The notes under the pieces were generated by a model. The model saw nothing but the letters and a program-made list of their open reading frames with translations. It was not told where the DNA came from and ran no database searches. Positions 1 through 12,034 of a DNA stretch of 64,000 nt are shown here, piece after piece; positions within the stretch are counted from its first letter, which is position 1, and the number at the start of each line of letters is the position of its first letter. This DNA is from an uncultured delta proteobacterium (GTDB lineage: Bacteria > Myxococcota > Myxococcia > Myxococcales > Anaeromyxobacteraceae), in NCBI GenBank assembly GCA_963828255.1, contig CAWHDZ010000040.1:128001-192000 (forward strand), written 5' to 3'. The translations under genes were made by a program, and so were the position numbers.

Positions 1-245
1 GGGACGTCCTCATCTCCATGAACGAGCCCATGCGCTACGACGGCAAGGCCTTCTACCAGGCCAGCTTCGGCAAGGGCGACACCCTCTCCATCCTCCAGGT
101 GGTGGAGAACCCGGGCTGGCTCATCCCCTACATCTCCTGCGTGCTGGTCTCGCTGGGGCTCATCGTCCACTTCACCGTCAGCTTGAGGAAGTCGTCCAGG
201 AAGCGCGAGGCCGCGCGGCTCGCGCAGGCGGCGCAGGAGGCATGA
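1..245 (+). CDS. Cytochrome c biogenesis ResB/CcsB-like protein, 3' fragment (5' truncated by window)
   Basis: ISMNEPMRYDGKAFYQASF...SILQVVENPGWLIPYISCVLVSLGLIVHF matches the ResB C-terminal pattern; directly upstream of CcsA. Confidence 0.75.
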   Translation, partial: DVLISMNEPMRYDGKAFYQASFGKGDTLSILQVVENPGWLIPYISCVLVSLGLIVHFTVSLRKSSRKREAARLAQAAQEA

Positions 246-246
246 C

Positions 247-2040
247 ATGACGAAGAAGATCGGGAAGTACGCGGCGTGGATCGCCGGCGGCCTGGCGCTG
301 GTCTCGGCGCTCCTCATGCTCCGCGCACCCGGTCAGGTCCGCGGCCTCGACGTGGACGGGTTCGTCAGGCTTCCGGTGCTGGAGGGCGGCCGGTTGAAGC
401 CGCTCGACTCCACGGCGCGCAACGCGCTGCTCCTCATCCGGGGGCAGCAGAGCTTCCGTCACCAGGACCGGACCGTCGGGGCGGGCGAGTGGATCCTCGA
501 CGTCCTCTTCCGGCCGCAGGTGGCCGACCTCCAGCCCATCTTCGTCATCGACAACCCCGACGTGCTGGGGGTCATGAAGATGGAGCGCACCAAGGATCGC
601 TACTACTCCTTCCGCCAGATCATCCCCTTCATCAACGAGATCCAGCGCGAGGCCAACGCGGCCCAGGCCATCGAGGCCAAGCTGCGCACCCCCTACCAGA
701 GCGCGGTCGCCAACCTCTTCGAGCGGCTCTACCTGTACCACCGGCTCAAGAACACCATCCAGCTGGAGAACCAGCCGGGGCTCGCCGCAGAGATCGCCGG
801 CGCCACCGCCCCGGACGCGGCGCAGCGCCAGGCCAGCATGGCCGACCTGGCCTACTTCCGCCCCATCCCGCCGCTCCCCGGCCAGAAGGCCGAGGCCTGG
901 TCCAACACCGGCGAGGCCCTGCGCGGCCTGGCCATGGGAGCGGTGAACCCCGGGCTCGACCCCATGGCACGCATCGCCTGGGCCTACTCGGTCCAGGACG
1001 CGCCCGCCTTCAACAAGGCGGTGAAGGACCTCCAGACCGTCACCTTCGGCACGTGGCCCGACGCCCAGACCCACGTGGACCACGAGACCACCTTCAACCG
1101 GGCCCAGCCCTTCTACGTGGGCATGGCCATCTACGTCCTGGCGCTGCTCATGGTCTTCGCCTCCTGGGCCTGGAAGCCGGAGATCCTGCGTTCGGCCGCC
1201 TTCGGCCTGCTCTGCGCCGGCGCCATCGTGCAGACCGCCGGGCTCATCTCGCGCATCGTCCTGCAGGGCAGGCCTCCGGTCACCAACCTCTACTCCTCGG
1301 CCGTCTTCGTGGGCTGGGGCGCGGTCCTGCTGGGCATCGTCCTCGAGCGCATGTACCGCAACGGCTTCGGGACGGCGGTGGCCTCGGCCTCCGGCTTCGC
1401 CTCGCTGCTCGTGGCCCACCACCTCTCCGGCGACGGCGACACCATGGAGATGATGCGGGCGGTGCTCGACTCCAACTTCTGGCTGGCCACCCACGTCACC
1501 ACCATCACCATCGGTTACAGCGGCATGTTCCTGGCCGCGGCCATCGCCATCGCCTGGACGGTTCGCAAGCACTTCGCCCGCGTGAGCCCGGAGATCTCGA
1601 AGTCGCTCCTGGGCATGGTCTACGGGATCATCGCCTTCTCCCTCTTCTTCAGCTTCGTGGGCACGGTCCTGGGCGGCATCTGGGCCGACCAGTCCTGGGG
1701 ACGGTTCTGGGGCTGGGACCCAAAGGAGAACGGCGCGCTGCTCATCGTGCTCTGGTGCGCCATCATCCTGCACGCGCGCTGGGGGGGCTTCGCCCGGGAG
1801 CGCGGCATCATGACCATGGCCATCTTCGGCGGCGTGATCACGAGCCTCTCCTGGTTCGGCGTGAACATGCTGGGGGTGGGGCTCCACTCCTACGGGTTCA
1901 TGGACAAGGCCTTCTGGGCGCTGTCCGGGTTCGTGGGCAGCCAGCTCCTCCTCATGGCGCTCGCCATGGCCCCCCGCCAGTTCTGGAAGGGGAAGGCGGC
2001 GCGCGAGGCCGGCGACGAGGCGCATCCTTCCAAGGCGTGA
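247..2040 (+). CDS. ccsA: Cytochrome c biogenesis protein CcsA/ResC (system II), long form
   Basis: WWD domain GGIWADQSWGRFWGWDPKE, WLATHV, GLHSY; many TM helices. Confidence 0.92.
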   Translation: MTKKIGKYAAWIAGGLALVSALLMLRAPGQVRGLDVDGFVRLPVLEGGRLKPLDSTARNALLLIRGQQSFRHQDRTVGAGEWILDVLFRPQVADLQPIFVIDNPDVLGVMKMERTKDRYYSFRQIIPFINEIQREANAAQAIEAKLRTPYQSAVANLFERLYLYHRLKNTIQLENQPGLAAEIAGATAPDAAQRQASMADLAYFRPIPPLPGQKAEAWSNTGEALRGLAMGAVNPGLDPMARIAWAYSVQDAPAFNKAVKDLQTVTFGTWPDAQTHVDHETTFNRAQPFYVGMAIYVLALLMVFASWAWKPEILRSAAFGLLCAGAIVQTAGLISRIVLQGRPPVTNLYSSAVFVGWGAVLLGIVLERMYRNGFGTAVASASGFASLLVAHHLSGDGDTMEMMRAVLDSNFWLATHVTTITIGYSGMFLAAAIAIAWTVRKHFARVSPEISKSLLGMVYGIIAFSLFFSFVGTVLGGIWADQSWGRFWGWDPKENGALLIVLWCAIILHARWGGFARERGIMTMAIFGGVITSLSWFGVNMLGVGLHSYGFMDKAFWALSGFVGSQLLLMALAMAPRQFWKGKAAREAGDEAHPSKA

Positions 2041-2071
2041 TAGGAAGCGTCCGCCCCGAGGGGCGGACCCC

Positions 2072-3694
2072 ATGAAGCACCAGATCGCACGCCGGCGCAC
2101 GTTCGCCATCATCTCGCACCCCGACGCCGGCAAGACGACGCTGACCGAGAAGCTGCTGCTCTACGGCGGCGTGATCCAGCTGGCCGGCGCGGTCAAGGCC
2201 AAGCGGGGCCGGGCCAGCGCCGTCTCCGACTGGATGGAGATGGAGCGGGAGCGCGGCATCTCCATCACCACCAGCGTCCTGCAGTTCCCCTACCGCGGGC
2301 TGCAGATGAACCTGCTCGACACCCCGGGCCACGCCGACTTCAGCGAGGACACCTACCGCACGCTCCACGCGGTGGACGGCGCGGTCATGCTCCTCGACAG
2401 CGCCAAGGGCGTGGAGGCCCAGACCCGCAAGCTCTTCCGGGTCTGCCGGCAGCGGGCCATCCCCATCTTCACCTTCGTGAACAAGCTCGACCGCCCCGGA
2501 CGCGACGCCTTCGACCTCATCGGCGAGGTGGAGAACGTGCTCGGCATCGGCGTCTACCCGGTGACCTGGCCCATCTTCCGCAACGGCGTCTTCCGGGGCG
2601 TCTACCACCGGCTGCGCCAGCGCGTGTACCTGTTCGAGGCCGGACGGGCCAACTCCAGCTCCACAACCGGGGCCGAACGCCCCCCGGTGGAGGTGACCGG
2701 CATCGACGACCCGGCCCTCCGGGAGGAGCTCGACGACAGGGGATACGACCAGCTCCGGCACGACGCCGAGCTGCTCGAGATGGCCGGCGACGGATTCGAC
2801 CGGGAGCGCTTCGAGGCCGGGCAGCTCTCGCCCATGTTCTTCGGGTCGGCGGTGAACAACTTCGGCCTGGAGGCCTTCCTGGAGACCTTCTCCGAGCTCA
2901 TGCCGCCGCCGAGGGCGCGCCTGTCCGACGCCGGTCCCATCGAGCCGGCCAGCGAGGAGTTCAGCGGCTTCGTCTTCAAGATCCAGGCGAACATGGACAA
3001 GGCCCACCGCGACCGGGTGGCCTTCGTGCGGATCTGCTCGGGCAAGATGGTGCGCGGGATGAAGGTGACCCACGTGCGCAGCGGCAAGGAGGTCCGGCTC
3101 GCCAGCCCCACCCAGTTCCTGGCCCGGGAGCGCAGCGTGGTGGACGAGTCCTACGCCGGTGACGTGGTGGGCATCCACGACCCCGGCCTCTTCGAGATCG
3201 GCGACACCCTCACCGGCGGCTCGCGCTTCGCCTTCGAGGGGATCCCCAGCTTCGCCCCCGAGCACTTCCGGCGCCTGGCGCTGGTGGACCCGATGCGGCG
3301 CAAGCAGTTCGCCACCGGCATCGAGCAGCTGGCCCAGGAGGGGACCGTGCAGCTCTACCGCCCGCCCGCCGGTCGCGCCGGTGACCTGGTGCTGGGGGCG
3401 CTCGGGCAGCTGCAGTTCGAGGTGGTGAAGTACCGGCTCGAGGCCGAGTACGGGGTCGAGGTCCGCGTCGAGACGGTGCCCTGGGTGCTGGCCCGCTGGC
3501 CGGGCCGGGCCGACGGCGCGCCGGTGGACCTGGACGCGCTGCAGGACGCGGTCGAGGGGATGGTCGTGCTCGACGTCCGCGAGCGGCCCGTGGTGCTCTT
3601 CGACCGGGCCTGGGCGCTGCAGACCGCCGAGCGAGTTCACCCGGAGTATGTGTTCGCCGAGACCGCCACGGGCGTCGTGGTCCGGGCCGCGTAG
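2072..3694 (+). CDS. prfC: Peptide chain release factor 3
   Basis: RRRTFAIISHPDAGKTTLTEKLLLYGG, SDWMEMERERGISI, DTPGHADFSEDTYRTL, FKIQANMD.HRDR. Confidence 0.97.
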   Translation: MKHQIARRRTFAIISHPDAGKTTLTEKLLLYGGVIQLAGAVKAKRGRASAVSDWMEMERERGISITTSVLQFPYRGLQMNLLDTPGHADFSEDTYRTLHAVDGAVMLLDSAKGVEAQTRKLFRVCRQRAIPIFTFVNKLDRPGRDAFDLIGEVENVLGIGVYPVTWPIFRNGVFRGVYHRLRQRVYLFEAGRANSSSTTGAERPPVEVTGIDDPALREELDDRGYDQLRHDAELLEMAGDGFDRERFEAGQLSPMFFGSAVNNFGLEAFLETFSELMPPPRARLSDAGPIEPASEEFSGFVFKIQANMDKAHRDRVAFVRICSGKMVRGMKVTHVRSGKEVRLASPTQFLARERSVVDESYAGDVVGIHDPGLFEIGDTLTGGSRFAFEGIPSFAPEHFRRLALVDPMRRKQFATGIEQLAQEGTVQLYRPPAGRAGDLVLGALGQLQFEVVKYRLEAEYGVEVRVETVPWVLARWPGRADGAPVDLDALQDAVEGMVVLDVRERPVVLFDRAWALQTAERVHPEYVFAETATGVVVRAA

Positions 3695-3727
3695 GCCCCG
3701 GCGGGTGACCGGCGCAGCCGGGCGCCG

Positions 3728-4699
3728 TCACTCCCCGCTGGTGGTCTCGGGGACGGCAGCCGGGGCGGCCCGGTCGAGCCCCTCGTCGGCGTAGGAGGTG
3801 GGATCCTCCAGCGCCTCCAGGTGGGTGAGCACGTTGGCGTTGGGGATGACCTGCCGGATCTCGTGCTCGATCCTCTCCAGCAACGCGTGCCCCCGGGCCA
3901 CGTTCCAGGAGCCGGGCACGAGCACGTGGACCGAGACGAAGCGGCGCGAGGCCGCCTGCCGGGTGCGGAGCGCGTGGAACTGCACCTCCGGTCCGCGGTG
4001 GGAGTCGAGGACCTTCAACACGGCGGCCTGCTCGTCGGTCGGGAGCGTGGTGTCGAGGAGTCCCAGCGCCGAGCGCCGGATGAGCTTCACGCCTGCCCAG
4101 GTGATGTTCAACGCCACGCCGATGGCCACGATGGGGTCGAGCGTGTTCCATCCGGTGAGCGCCACCACGCCGATGCCGGTCAGCACGCCCACCGAGGTCC
4201 AGACGTCGGTCATGAGGTGGTGCGCGTCGGCCTCGAGCGCGATGGAATGGTGCTTCTTTCCGGCCCGGAAGAGCACGCGGGAGACCACCAGGTTCACGAC
4301 CGAGGCGCCGGTGGAGACGAGGAGGCCGACTCCGACCTGCTCGAGGGGGGCAGGGTGGAGCAGGCGGTTCACCGCCGACCAGGCGATGGCCACGGCCGCC
4401 ACCAGGATGAGCGCACCCTCCACGCCGCTGGCGAAGTACTCGGCCTTGTCGTGGCCGTAGGCGTGCTCCTGGTCGGGGGGCCGGGCCGCAACGGTGAGCA
4501 TGCCCAGGGTGGTGACGGCGGCCACCAGGTTCACCACCGACTCGGCCGCGTCGGAGAGGAGGCCGACCGATCCGGTGAGCCGCCAGGCGACGGTCTTCAT
4601 GACGATGGTCACCACCGCCGCGGCGATGGAGAGCCAGGCGAACCGCGCCAGCGAGGGCCGGGTGTTGGTCACCGATCCGGCCGACATCGTCCCCGTCAT
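3728..4699 (-). CDS. Cation diffusion facilitator family transporter (FieF-like)
   Basis: GSVGLLSDAAES, PPDQEHAYGHDKAEY, ALEADAHHLMTDVWTS; ATGA overlap with upstream DAHP synthase. Confidence 0.92.
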   Translation of the reverse strand: MTGTMSAGSVTNTRPSLARFAWLSIAAAVVTIVMKTVAWRLTGSVGLLSDAAESVVNLVAAVTTLGMLTVAARPPDQEHAYGHDKAEYFASGVEGALILVAAVAIAWSAVNRLLHPAPLEQVGVGLLVSTGASVVNLVVSRVLFRAGKKHHSIALEADAHHLMTDVWTSVGVLTGIGVVALTGWNTLDPIVAIGVALNITWAGVKLIRRSALGLLDTTLPTDEQAAVLKVLDSHRGPEVQFHALRTRQAASRRFVSVHVLVPGSWNVARGHALLERIEHEIRQVIPNANVLTHLEALEDPTSYADEGLDRAAPAAVPETTSGE

Positions 4700-5772
4700 C
4701 GCACGGGCCTCTCCCGCGCCGGCAGGAGATCGCGGAGGACCTCGCGGGCCCGGCGGAGCATCTCCACCGTGGTGTCCCAGCCCACGCAGGCGTCGGTGAC
4801 CGAGCAGCCGTAGCGGAGCTTCGAGAGGTCGGCCGGGACGGGCTGGTTGCCCGCCTCGATGAAGCTCTCCACCATGAACCCCACCACGGAGCGGTTCCCC
4901 TCGCGGATCTGGTGCACCACGTCGCGCATGACGAGCGGCTGGAGGTCGGGCTTCTTCCAGGAGTTCGCGTGGGAGCAGTCCACCACCAGGTTCCCCGGCA
5001 GCCTGGCCTTGGCGAGCGCCTCCTCGGCGAGGGTGATGGAGACGGTGTCGAAGTTGGGGCGCCCCCCGCCGCCGCGCAGCACGAGGTGGCCGTAGCGGTT
5101 GCCGCGGGTGCGCACGATGGCCGAGCGACCCTGGCCGGAGACGCCCAGGAAGCTGTGGGGCCCGGCCGCCGAGAGGATGGCGTTCACCGCGCCCTCGATG
5201 TCGCCGTCGGTCCCGTTCTTGAAGCCCACCGGGGTGGAGAGGCCGGAGGACATCTCGCGGTGGGTCTGTGACTCGGAGGTGCGGGCGCCGATGGCGGTCC
5301 AGGCGATGAGGTCCCCGTAGTACTGGGGGGCGATGGGGTCGAGGGCCTCGGTGCCGGCCGGGAGGCCGAGCTCGTTCACGTCGAGGAGGAACTGGCGGCC
5401 GCGCTCCATCCCCTCGTCGATGCGGAAGGAGTCGTCCATGCGCGGGTCGTTGACGAACCCCTTCCATCCCAGCGAGGTGCGCGGCTTCTCGAAGTAGACG
5501 CGCATGACGACGTGGAGCGTGTCGGCCAGCTCGTCGGCCAGGACGCGCAGGCGCCGCGCGTAGTCGAGGCCGGCCGCCGGGTCGTGGATGGAGCAGGGGC
5601 CCACCACCACGAAGAGCCGCCTGTCGCGTCCGTCGAGGATGGCCTCGATGGCGCGGCGGGAGGAGACCACCGTGGCCGCAGCCCGCTCGGAGAGGGGATG
5701 GCGTCCCTTCACCTCGTCGGGAGAGGGCATGAGGTCGAGGGACGCTACGTTCAGGTTCTCGGTCTGCTGCAT
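4696..5772 (-). CDS. 3-deoxy-7-phosphoheptulonate (DAHP) synthase, class I-alpha
   Basis: VVVGPCSIHD, MRVYFEKPRT, AIGARTSESQTHREMSSGLS, DCSHANS; start MQQTENLNV. Confidence 0.95.
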   Translation of the reverse strand: MQQTENLNVASLDLMPSPDEVKGRHPLSERAAATVVSSRRAIEAILDGRDRRLFVVVGPCSIHDPAAGLDYARRLRVLADELADTLHVVMRVYFEKPRTSLGWKGFVNDPRMDDSFRIDEGMERGRQFLLDVNELGLPAGTEALDPIAPQYYGDLIAWTAIGARTSESQTHREMSSGLSTPVGFKNGTDGDIEGAVNAILSAAGPHSFLGVSGQGRSAIVRTRGNRYGHLVLRGGGGRPNFDTVSITLAEEALAKARLPGNLVVDCSHANSWKKPDLQPLVMRDVVHQIREGNRSVVGFMVESFIEAGNQPVPADLSKLRYGCSVTDACVGWDTTVEMLRRAREVLRDLLPARERPVR

Positions 5773-5797
5773 GGGACGCCCATGATACCAAGACCCC

Positions 5798-7724
<1,927 letters not shown>

Positions 7725-7744
<20 letters not shown>

Positions 7745-8111
7745 GCTCGATCCGGTAGCCGTCCGGGTCCTCGACGAAGGCGATGACGGTCTTCCCGTGC
7801 TTCATCGGGCCGGCCGGGCGCACCACCTTCCCGCCGCGCCGCTCGATCTCGGCGCAGGCCGCCTGGGCGTCCGGCACCTCCAGCGCCACGTGGCCGAATC
7901 CATTGCCGAGGTCGTAGGCATGCGTGTCCCAGTTCCAGGTCAGCTCGATGGCGGCTGCCTCCGATTCGAGCGCGTAGCCCACGAAGGCCAGCGTGAAGCG
8001 CCCCTCGGGGTACTCGTGCCTGCGGAGCAGGCTCATCCCCAGGACCTCGGTGTAGAAGCGGATCGAGCGATCGAGGTCGCCCACGCGGATCATGGTGTGG
8101 AGGATGCGCAT
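7725..8111 (-). CDS. gloA: Lactoylglutathione lyase (glyoxalase I)
   Basis: [47 protein letters not shown]. Confidence 0.95.
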
Positions 8112-8115
8112 GGCC

Positions 8116-8901
8116 TCACTCGTACATCTTGCGGGTGCTCGAGCCCATGAAGCGGACGGCGGCGGGCCTGGAGAGGAGTCGCTGCATGACGAAGTTCACC
8201 GCCCGGTTGAGCCGCCCGGCGACCACCACGGGCTTGTGTCCCAGCGCGGCCAGGGCCTCCGCCACGACCGGCCCCGCCTCCATCATCGGAACCCTCTTCC
8301 GGGGCCGGGAGGCCTCGTAGCTCGGCGTGCGGGTCGGGCCGGCCCGGCAGGCCAGGACGTCCACCCCGTGCGGCCGCAGCTCGTCCCAGAGCCCCTCGGC
8401 GAGAACGATCTCGAAGGCCTTGGATGCGGCGTAGGCGGCCACGATCGGCGTCCCCTGGCCGCCGGCCAGGGAGGACATGAGGATGACGCCGCCGCGCCCC
8501 CGGGGGACCATCCGGCGCGCGAAGTGGTGCGCCATGGCGAGCGGCGCCCGGCAGTTCACGTCGATCACCTTCATGAGGTCGTGGAGCGGACGGTCGAGGA
8601 AGGGGCCCAGGGCGGAGAAGGCGGCGTTGTGGACGACGAGACCCACCTCGGCGTCCCCGGCGAGGGCGTCGAGCACGGCGAGGAGGTCGGGGCGGGCCAC
8701 GTCGGCCGCGGCGGTGCGGACCTGGATGCCGTGGGCCGTGCGCAGCTCGGCGGCGAGGGCCTCGAGAGGGCCCTCGCGCCGGGCCACCAACATCAAATTT
8801 AGCCCGCGGGAGGCCAGGGCGCGGGCGAAGGATTCCCCGATCCCTTCCGAGGCGCCGGTGACGAGCGCCCACGGGCCGTAGCGGGCCCCGAAGTCCTTCA
8901 C
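8116..8901 (-). CDS. Short-chain dehydrogenase/reductase
   Basis: GTG start overlapping upstream [23 protein letters not shown]. Confidence 0.9.
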   Translation of the reverse strand: MKDFGARYGPWALVTGASEGIGESFARALASRGLNLMLVARREGPLEALAAELRTAHGIQVRTAAADVARPDLLAVLDALAGDAEVGLVVHNAAFSALGPFLDRPLHDLMKVIDVNCRAPLAMAHHFARRMVPRGRGGVILMSSLAGGQGTPIVAAYAASKAFEIVLAEGLWDELRPHGVDVLACRAGPTRTPSYEASRPRKRVPMMEAGPVVAEALAALGHKPVVVAGRLNRAVNFVMQRLLSRPAAVRFMGSSTRKMYE

Positions 8902-9407
8902 TTGAAGGAGAAGTTGAAGAAGGGGAAGACCGGCAGCATGCCGCCCTTGTGGATGATGTTGATGAGGCCGATCTGGACGCCTTCCATGGTGTCGGTCTGG
9001 TTCACGAGGCCGAGCTGGAGCCCCTTCACGTGATTCGCCTGGTTGTAGAGGCCGGTCTGGAGACCCTCGAAGTTCCCCTTGGTGATGCTCACGATCCAGT
9101 TCCCCTGCCAGCCCTTGAACTCGCCGTTCACGATGCTGACGGCGCCCCACTGCAGGCCCACGGCGCCGCCCGAGGTCATGTTGACGAGGCCGAGGTCGAA
9201 GCCGTTCACGAAGGCGTTGTTTCCGTAGAGCAGGCTGAACCGGAAGCCGCTGATGCCCTGCGCCTCGGGCACGATCTGGACCGGGGTGACGAGGCCCAGC
9301 GAGATGGGCTTGCCGCCCGACTCGGCGAGCGAGGCGGTGGGGACCGCGAGGAGGGCGGCGAGGACGGGGAGGGCGAGGACGGGGAGGGCGAGGACGAGAC
9401 GGCGCAT
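8898..9407 (-). CDS. Exported protein with GxQxGxxN repeats (LA_2272-like surface repeat family)
   Basis: Signal peptide; repeats GFDLGLVN, GLQWGAVS, GLQTGLYN, GLQLGLVN, GVQIGLIN; C-terminal PFFNFSFK. Confidence 0.7.
   Translation of the reverse strand: MRRLVLALPVLALPVLAALLAVPTASLAESGGKPISLGLVTPVQIVPEAQGISGFRFSLLYGNNAFVNGFDLGLVNMTSGGAVGLQWGAVSIVNGEFKGWQGNWIVSITKGNFEGLQTGLYNQANHVKGLQLGLVNQTDTMEGVQIGLINIIHKGGMLPVFPFFNFSFK
9357..9396. repeat. 15-bp in-frame tandem repeat (about 2.7 copies) encoding VLALP repeats in the signal peptide
   Basis: ggcgaggacggggag at 9357 and 9372, partial at 9387. Confidence 0.85.
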
Positions 9408-9428
9408 GTCTTTGCTCCTTGCGTGGGG

Positions 9429-11732
9429 TCAGCCGAGCGCTTCCTGGAGCGCCTTCCTTACCGCCGACGGGTCGGCCTTGCCCTGCGTTTCGCGCATGGC
9501 GGCCCCGAGGAGGAACCCGAGGAGCTTCTTCTCGCCCAATCGGTAGCGCGCCACCTCGGCGGCCTGCGCGGCGAGCACCCGGGCCACCGCGCCCTCGACT
9601 GCGGCCCGGTCGTCCACCCGCTCCAGGCCGAGCTCGGCGAGCCGGTCCGCGGGGTCGCCCGGCCGCTCGAGAAGGCTCGCGAGCAGCGCCTTCGCGCCCG
9701 CCCCGGTGGTGCGCCCCGACTCGGCGAGGGCGACGAAGCGTCCGAACGACCCGGCCTCCAGAGGAAGGGAATCGAGGGGGAGGTCGCCCGCGAGGCCGAG
9801 AAGCTCGTTGAGGAGCCAGCGCGCCGTGGGGCCGGGGGGGCCTCCGGCGGCGACGGCGGAGTCGAACCAGGCCGCGGTGACCGCGTCGGCGGCGAGGAGG
9901 TCGGCCTGGTCCGGCGAGACGCCGGGGATCGCCGCCAGCCTGGCGTGGATCGCGGCCAGCCGGGGATCGGCGGCCCGCTGCTCGGCCCGCACGTCTCCCC
10001 GGCTCCTCCGGGGCGCGGCGGGCGCGGCGGGCTCCCTCGCCGGGCGGGCCGGACGACGGGCCTCGACCGGGGCCGTCCGCGCCGTCCAGGCGTCCTTGAG
10101 CGTCATGGTGCGGTTCCACACCGGGGCGCCGGGCCTGGAATCGACCGGGTCCGCGAAGAAGTAGCCCTCCCTCAGGAACTGCCAGTGCGTACCCGGGGCG
10201 GCGTCGCGGAGCGCCGGCTCGAGCCGGGCGCCGGGAGCTGACGAGAGGGATGCCGGGTTCATCACGTCGAGGAAGTTCCCCTCGGCGTCGGGCTGCTCCA
10301 CCGTGAAGAGCCGGTCGTAGAGCCGGACCTCGGCGGGGATCGACCGGCTGCCGTGGACCCAGTGGATGGTCCCCATCCCGCGGCGCGCTCCGCCCTCCCG
10401 GGAGGCGGGGTCGAGGGTGCAGCGGATCTCCTCCACCTCGCCGCCGGGGCCACGGACCACCTCGTCGCAGCGGACCACGTAGGCGCCGGCCAGCCGCACC
10501 TCCCGCCCGGGCGCGAGCCGCTTCCAGTCGGGGGGCGGGTCGGCGGAGAAGTCGTCCCGCTCGACGAGCAGGTCCCGCCCGAAGGGGACCTTCCGCGTCC
10601 CCCCGTGGCCCGGCTCGGCCGGCCACCACGGCAGGTCGAGATCCTCGTCCGGCCCGGTCCAGTTCAAGAGGGTGAGCCGAACCGGGTCGAGCACGCCGAG
10701 CGCCCTGGGCGAGCGCCGCTCGAGGTCGCCCCGGACGCAGAATTCGAACTTGCCGATGTCCACCACGCTGTTGTTCTTGGCCACCCCGATGAGGTCTGCG
10801 AAGTCGCGCAGCGCCTCGGGGGTGACCCCGCGCCGGCGCATGCCGGCGATGGTGGGCATGCGGGGGTCGTCCCAGCCGGAGACCCGCTTCTCGTTGACGA
10901 TCTGGAGGAGCTTGCGCTTCGACATCACCGTGTAGCCGAGCGCCAGCCGGGCGAACTCGTACTGCCGGGGGCGCGGGTCCCAGGGGCCGGTGTTGTCGAG
11001 CACCCAGTCGTAGAGTTCCCGGTTCGACTCGAACTCCAGCGTGCAGATGGAGTGGGTGACCCCCTCGACGGCGTCCTCGAGCGGGTGGGCCCAGTCGTAC
11101 ATGGGGTAGATGCACCAGGCGTCGCCGGTGCGGTGGTGGCTGGCATGGCGGATGCGGTAGAGGAGCGGGTCCCGCATGAGCACGTTGGGGTGCGCCATGT
11201 CGATACGCGCCCGCAGGACCGCGGCGCCGTCGGGGAACTCCCCCTTCCGCATGCCCCGGAGGAGGTCGAGGTTCTCGGAGGGCGGCCGATCGCGGTGGGG
11301 GCTCGCCACCCCCGGCCGCTCGAAGCTTCCCCGCTGCTCCCGGATGGCCTCCTGGGACTGGGTGTCCACGTAGGCCTTCCCCTCCAGCACCAGCCGCTCG
11401 GCGCATTCGTACATCTTCCCGAAGTAGTCGGAGGCGAAGTGGAGGTGCTCCCCCCAGTCGCCGCCCAGCCAGCGGACGTCGTTCTCGATCGATTCGACGT
11501 ACTCGGTGTCCTCCGTCGTGGGGTTGGTGTCGTCGAAGCGGAGGTGGGCGCGCCCCCCGTAGCGGGCAGCCAGGCCGAAGTTGAGCAGGATCGACTTGGC
11601 GTGGCCGATGTGCAGGAAGCCGTTGGGCTCGGGAGGGAAGCGGGTGACGATCGGACCGCGAACCCGGCCCGCGGCAAGGTCGGAATCGACGATGTCGGTC
11701 AGGAAGTTGGAGGTCTTGGCCGATTCTGCCAT
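9429..11732 (-). CDS. glnS: Glutamine--tRNA ligase with C-terminal GatB/YqeY domain
   Basis: TRFPPEPNGFLHIGHAKS, FDDTNP, MSKRKL, GWDDPRMPT; C-terminal YRLGEKKLLGFLLGAAMRETQGKADP (YqeY). Confidence 0.95.
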   Translation of the reverse strand: MAESAKTSNFLTDIVDSDLAAGRVRGPIVTRFPPEPNGFLHIGHAKSILLNFGLAARYGGRAHLRFDDTNPTTEDTEYVESIENDVRWLGGDWGEHLHFASDYFGKMYECAERLVLEGKAYVDTQSQEAIREQRGSFERPGVASPHRDRPPSENLDLLRGMRKGEFPDGAAVLRARIDMAHPNVLMRDPLLYRIRHASHHRTGDAWCIYPMYDWAHPLEDAVEGVTHSICTLEFESNRELYDWVLDNTGPWDPRPRQYEFARLALGYTVMSKRKLLQIVNEKRVSGWDDPRMPTIAGMRRRGVTPEALRDFADLIGVAKNNSVVDIGKFEFCVRGDLERRSPRALGVLDPVRLTLLNWTGPDEDLDLPWWPAEPGHGGTRKVPFGRDLLVERDDFSADPPPDWKRLAPGREVRLAGAYVVRCDEVVRGPGGEVEEIRCTLDPASREGGARRGMGTIHWVHGSRSIPAEVRLYDRLFTVEQPDAEGNFLDVMNPASLSSAPGARLEPALRDAAPGTHWQFLREGYFFADPVDSRPGAPVWNRTMTLKDAWTARTAPVEARRPARPAREPAAPAAPRRSRGDVRAEQRAADPRLAAIHARLAAIPGVSPDQADLLAADAVTAAWFDSAVAAGGPPGPTARWLLNELLGLAGDLPLDSLPLEAGSFGRFVALAESGRTTGAGAKALLASLLERPGDPADRLAELGLERVDDRAAVEGAVARVLAAQAAEVARYRLGEKKLLGFLLGAAMRETQGKADPSAVRKALQEALG

Positions 11733-11797
11733 CCGGGGCGTGTACCGCAGCCCAGGACTGCTCGCAACTGCGCGGAAGGAGGGTATCCTTCGCCTCC

Positions 11798-12034
11798 ATG
11801 GAGGTCCTCCTCGACGGGGCGAGTCCCGTCCACTGGCTCGTGGTCGCCGTGCTGGCGGTGTCCGGGGCGTTGACCGCCTGGATGGGGGTTCGCGACGGGC
11901 TCGTCCGACGGGTGGTCCGGACCAACTCCGGACCGCTCACCGGCTGGAAGGCCCTGGCGGCGGGGGTGCTCTACGCGGCCTTCGGTCTGGCCGGGGTCGT
12001 GGGGGCCGTGCTCTTCGTCCTGAAGGCCCGCTAG
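11798..12034 (+). CDS. Small two-TM hypothetical membrane protein
   Basis: 78 aa, two hydrophobic helices, fills gap; TATCCT 8 nt upstream of ATG. Confidence 0.6.
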   Translation: MEVLLDGASPVHWLVVAVLAVSGALTAWMGVRDGLVRRVVRTNSGPLTGWKALAAGVLYAAFGLAGVVGAVLFVLKAR

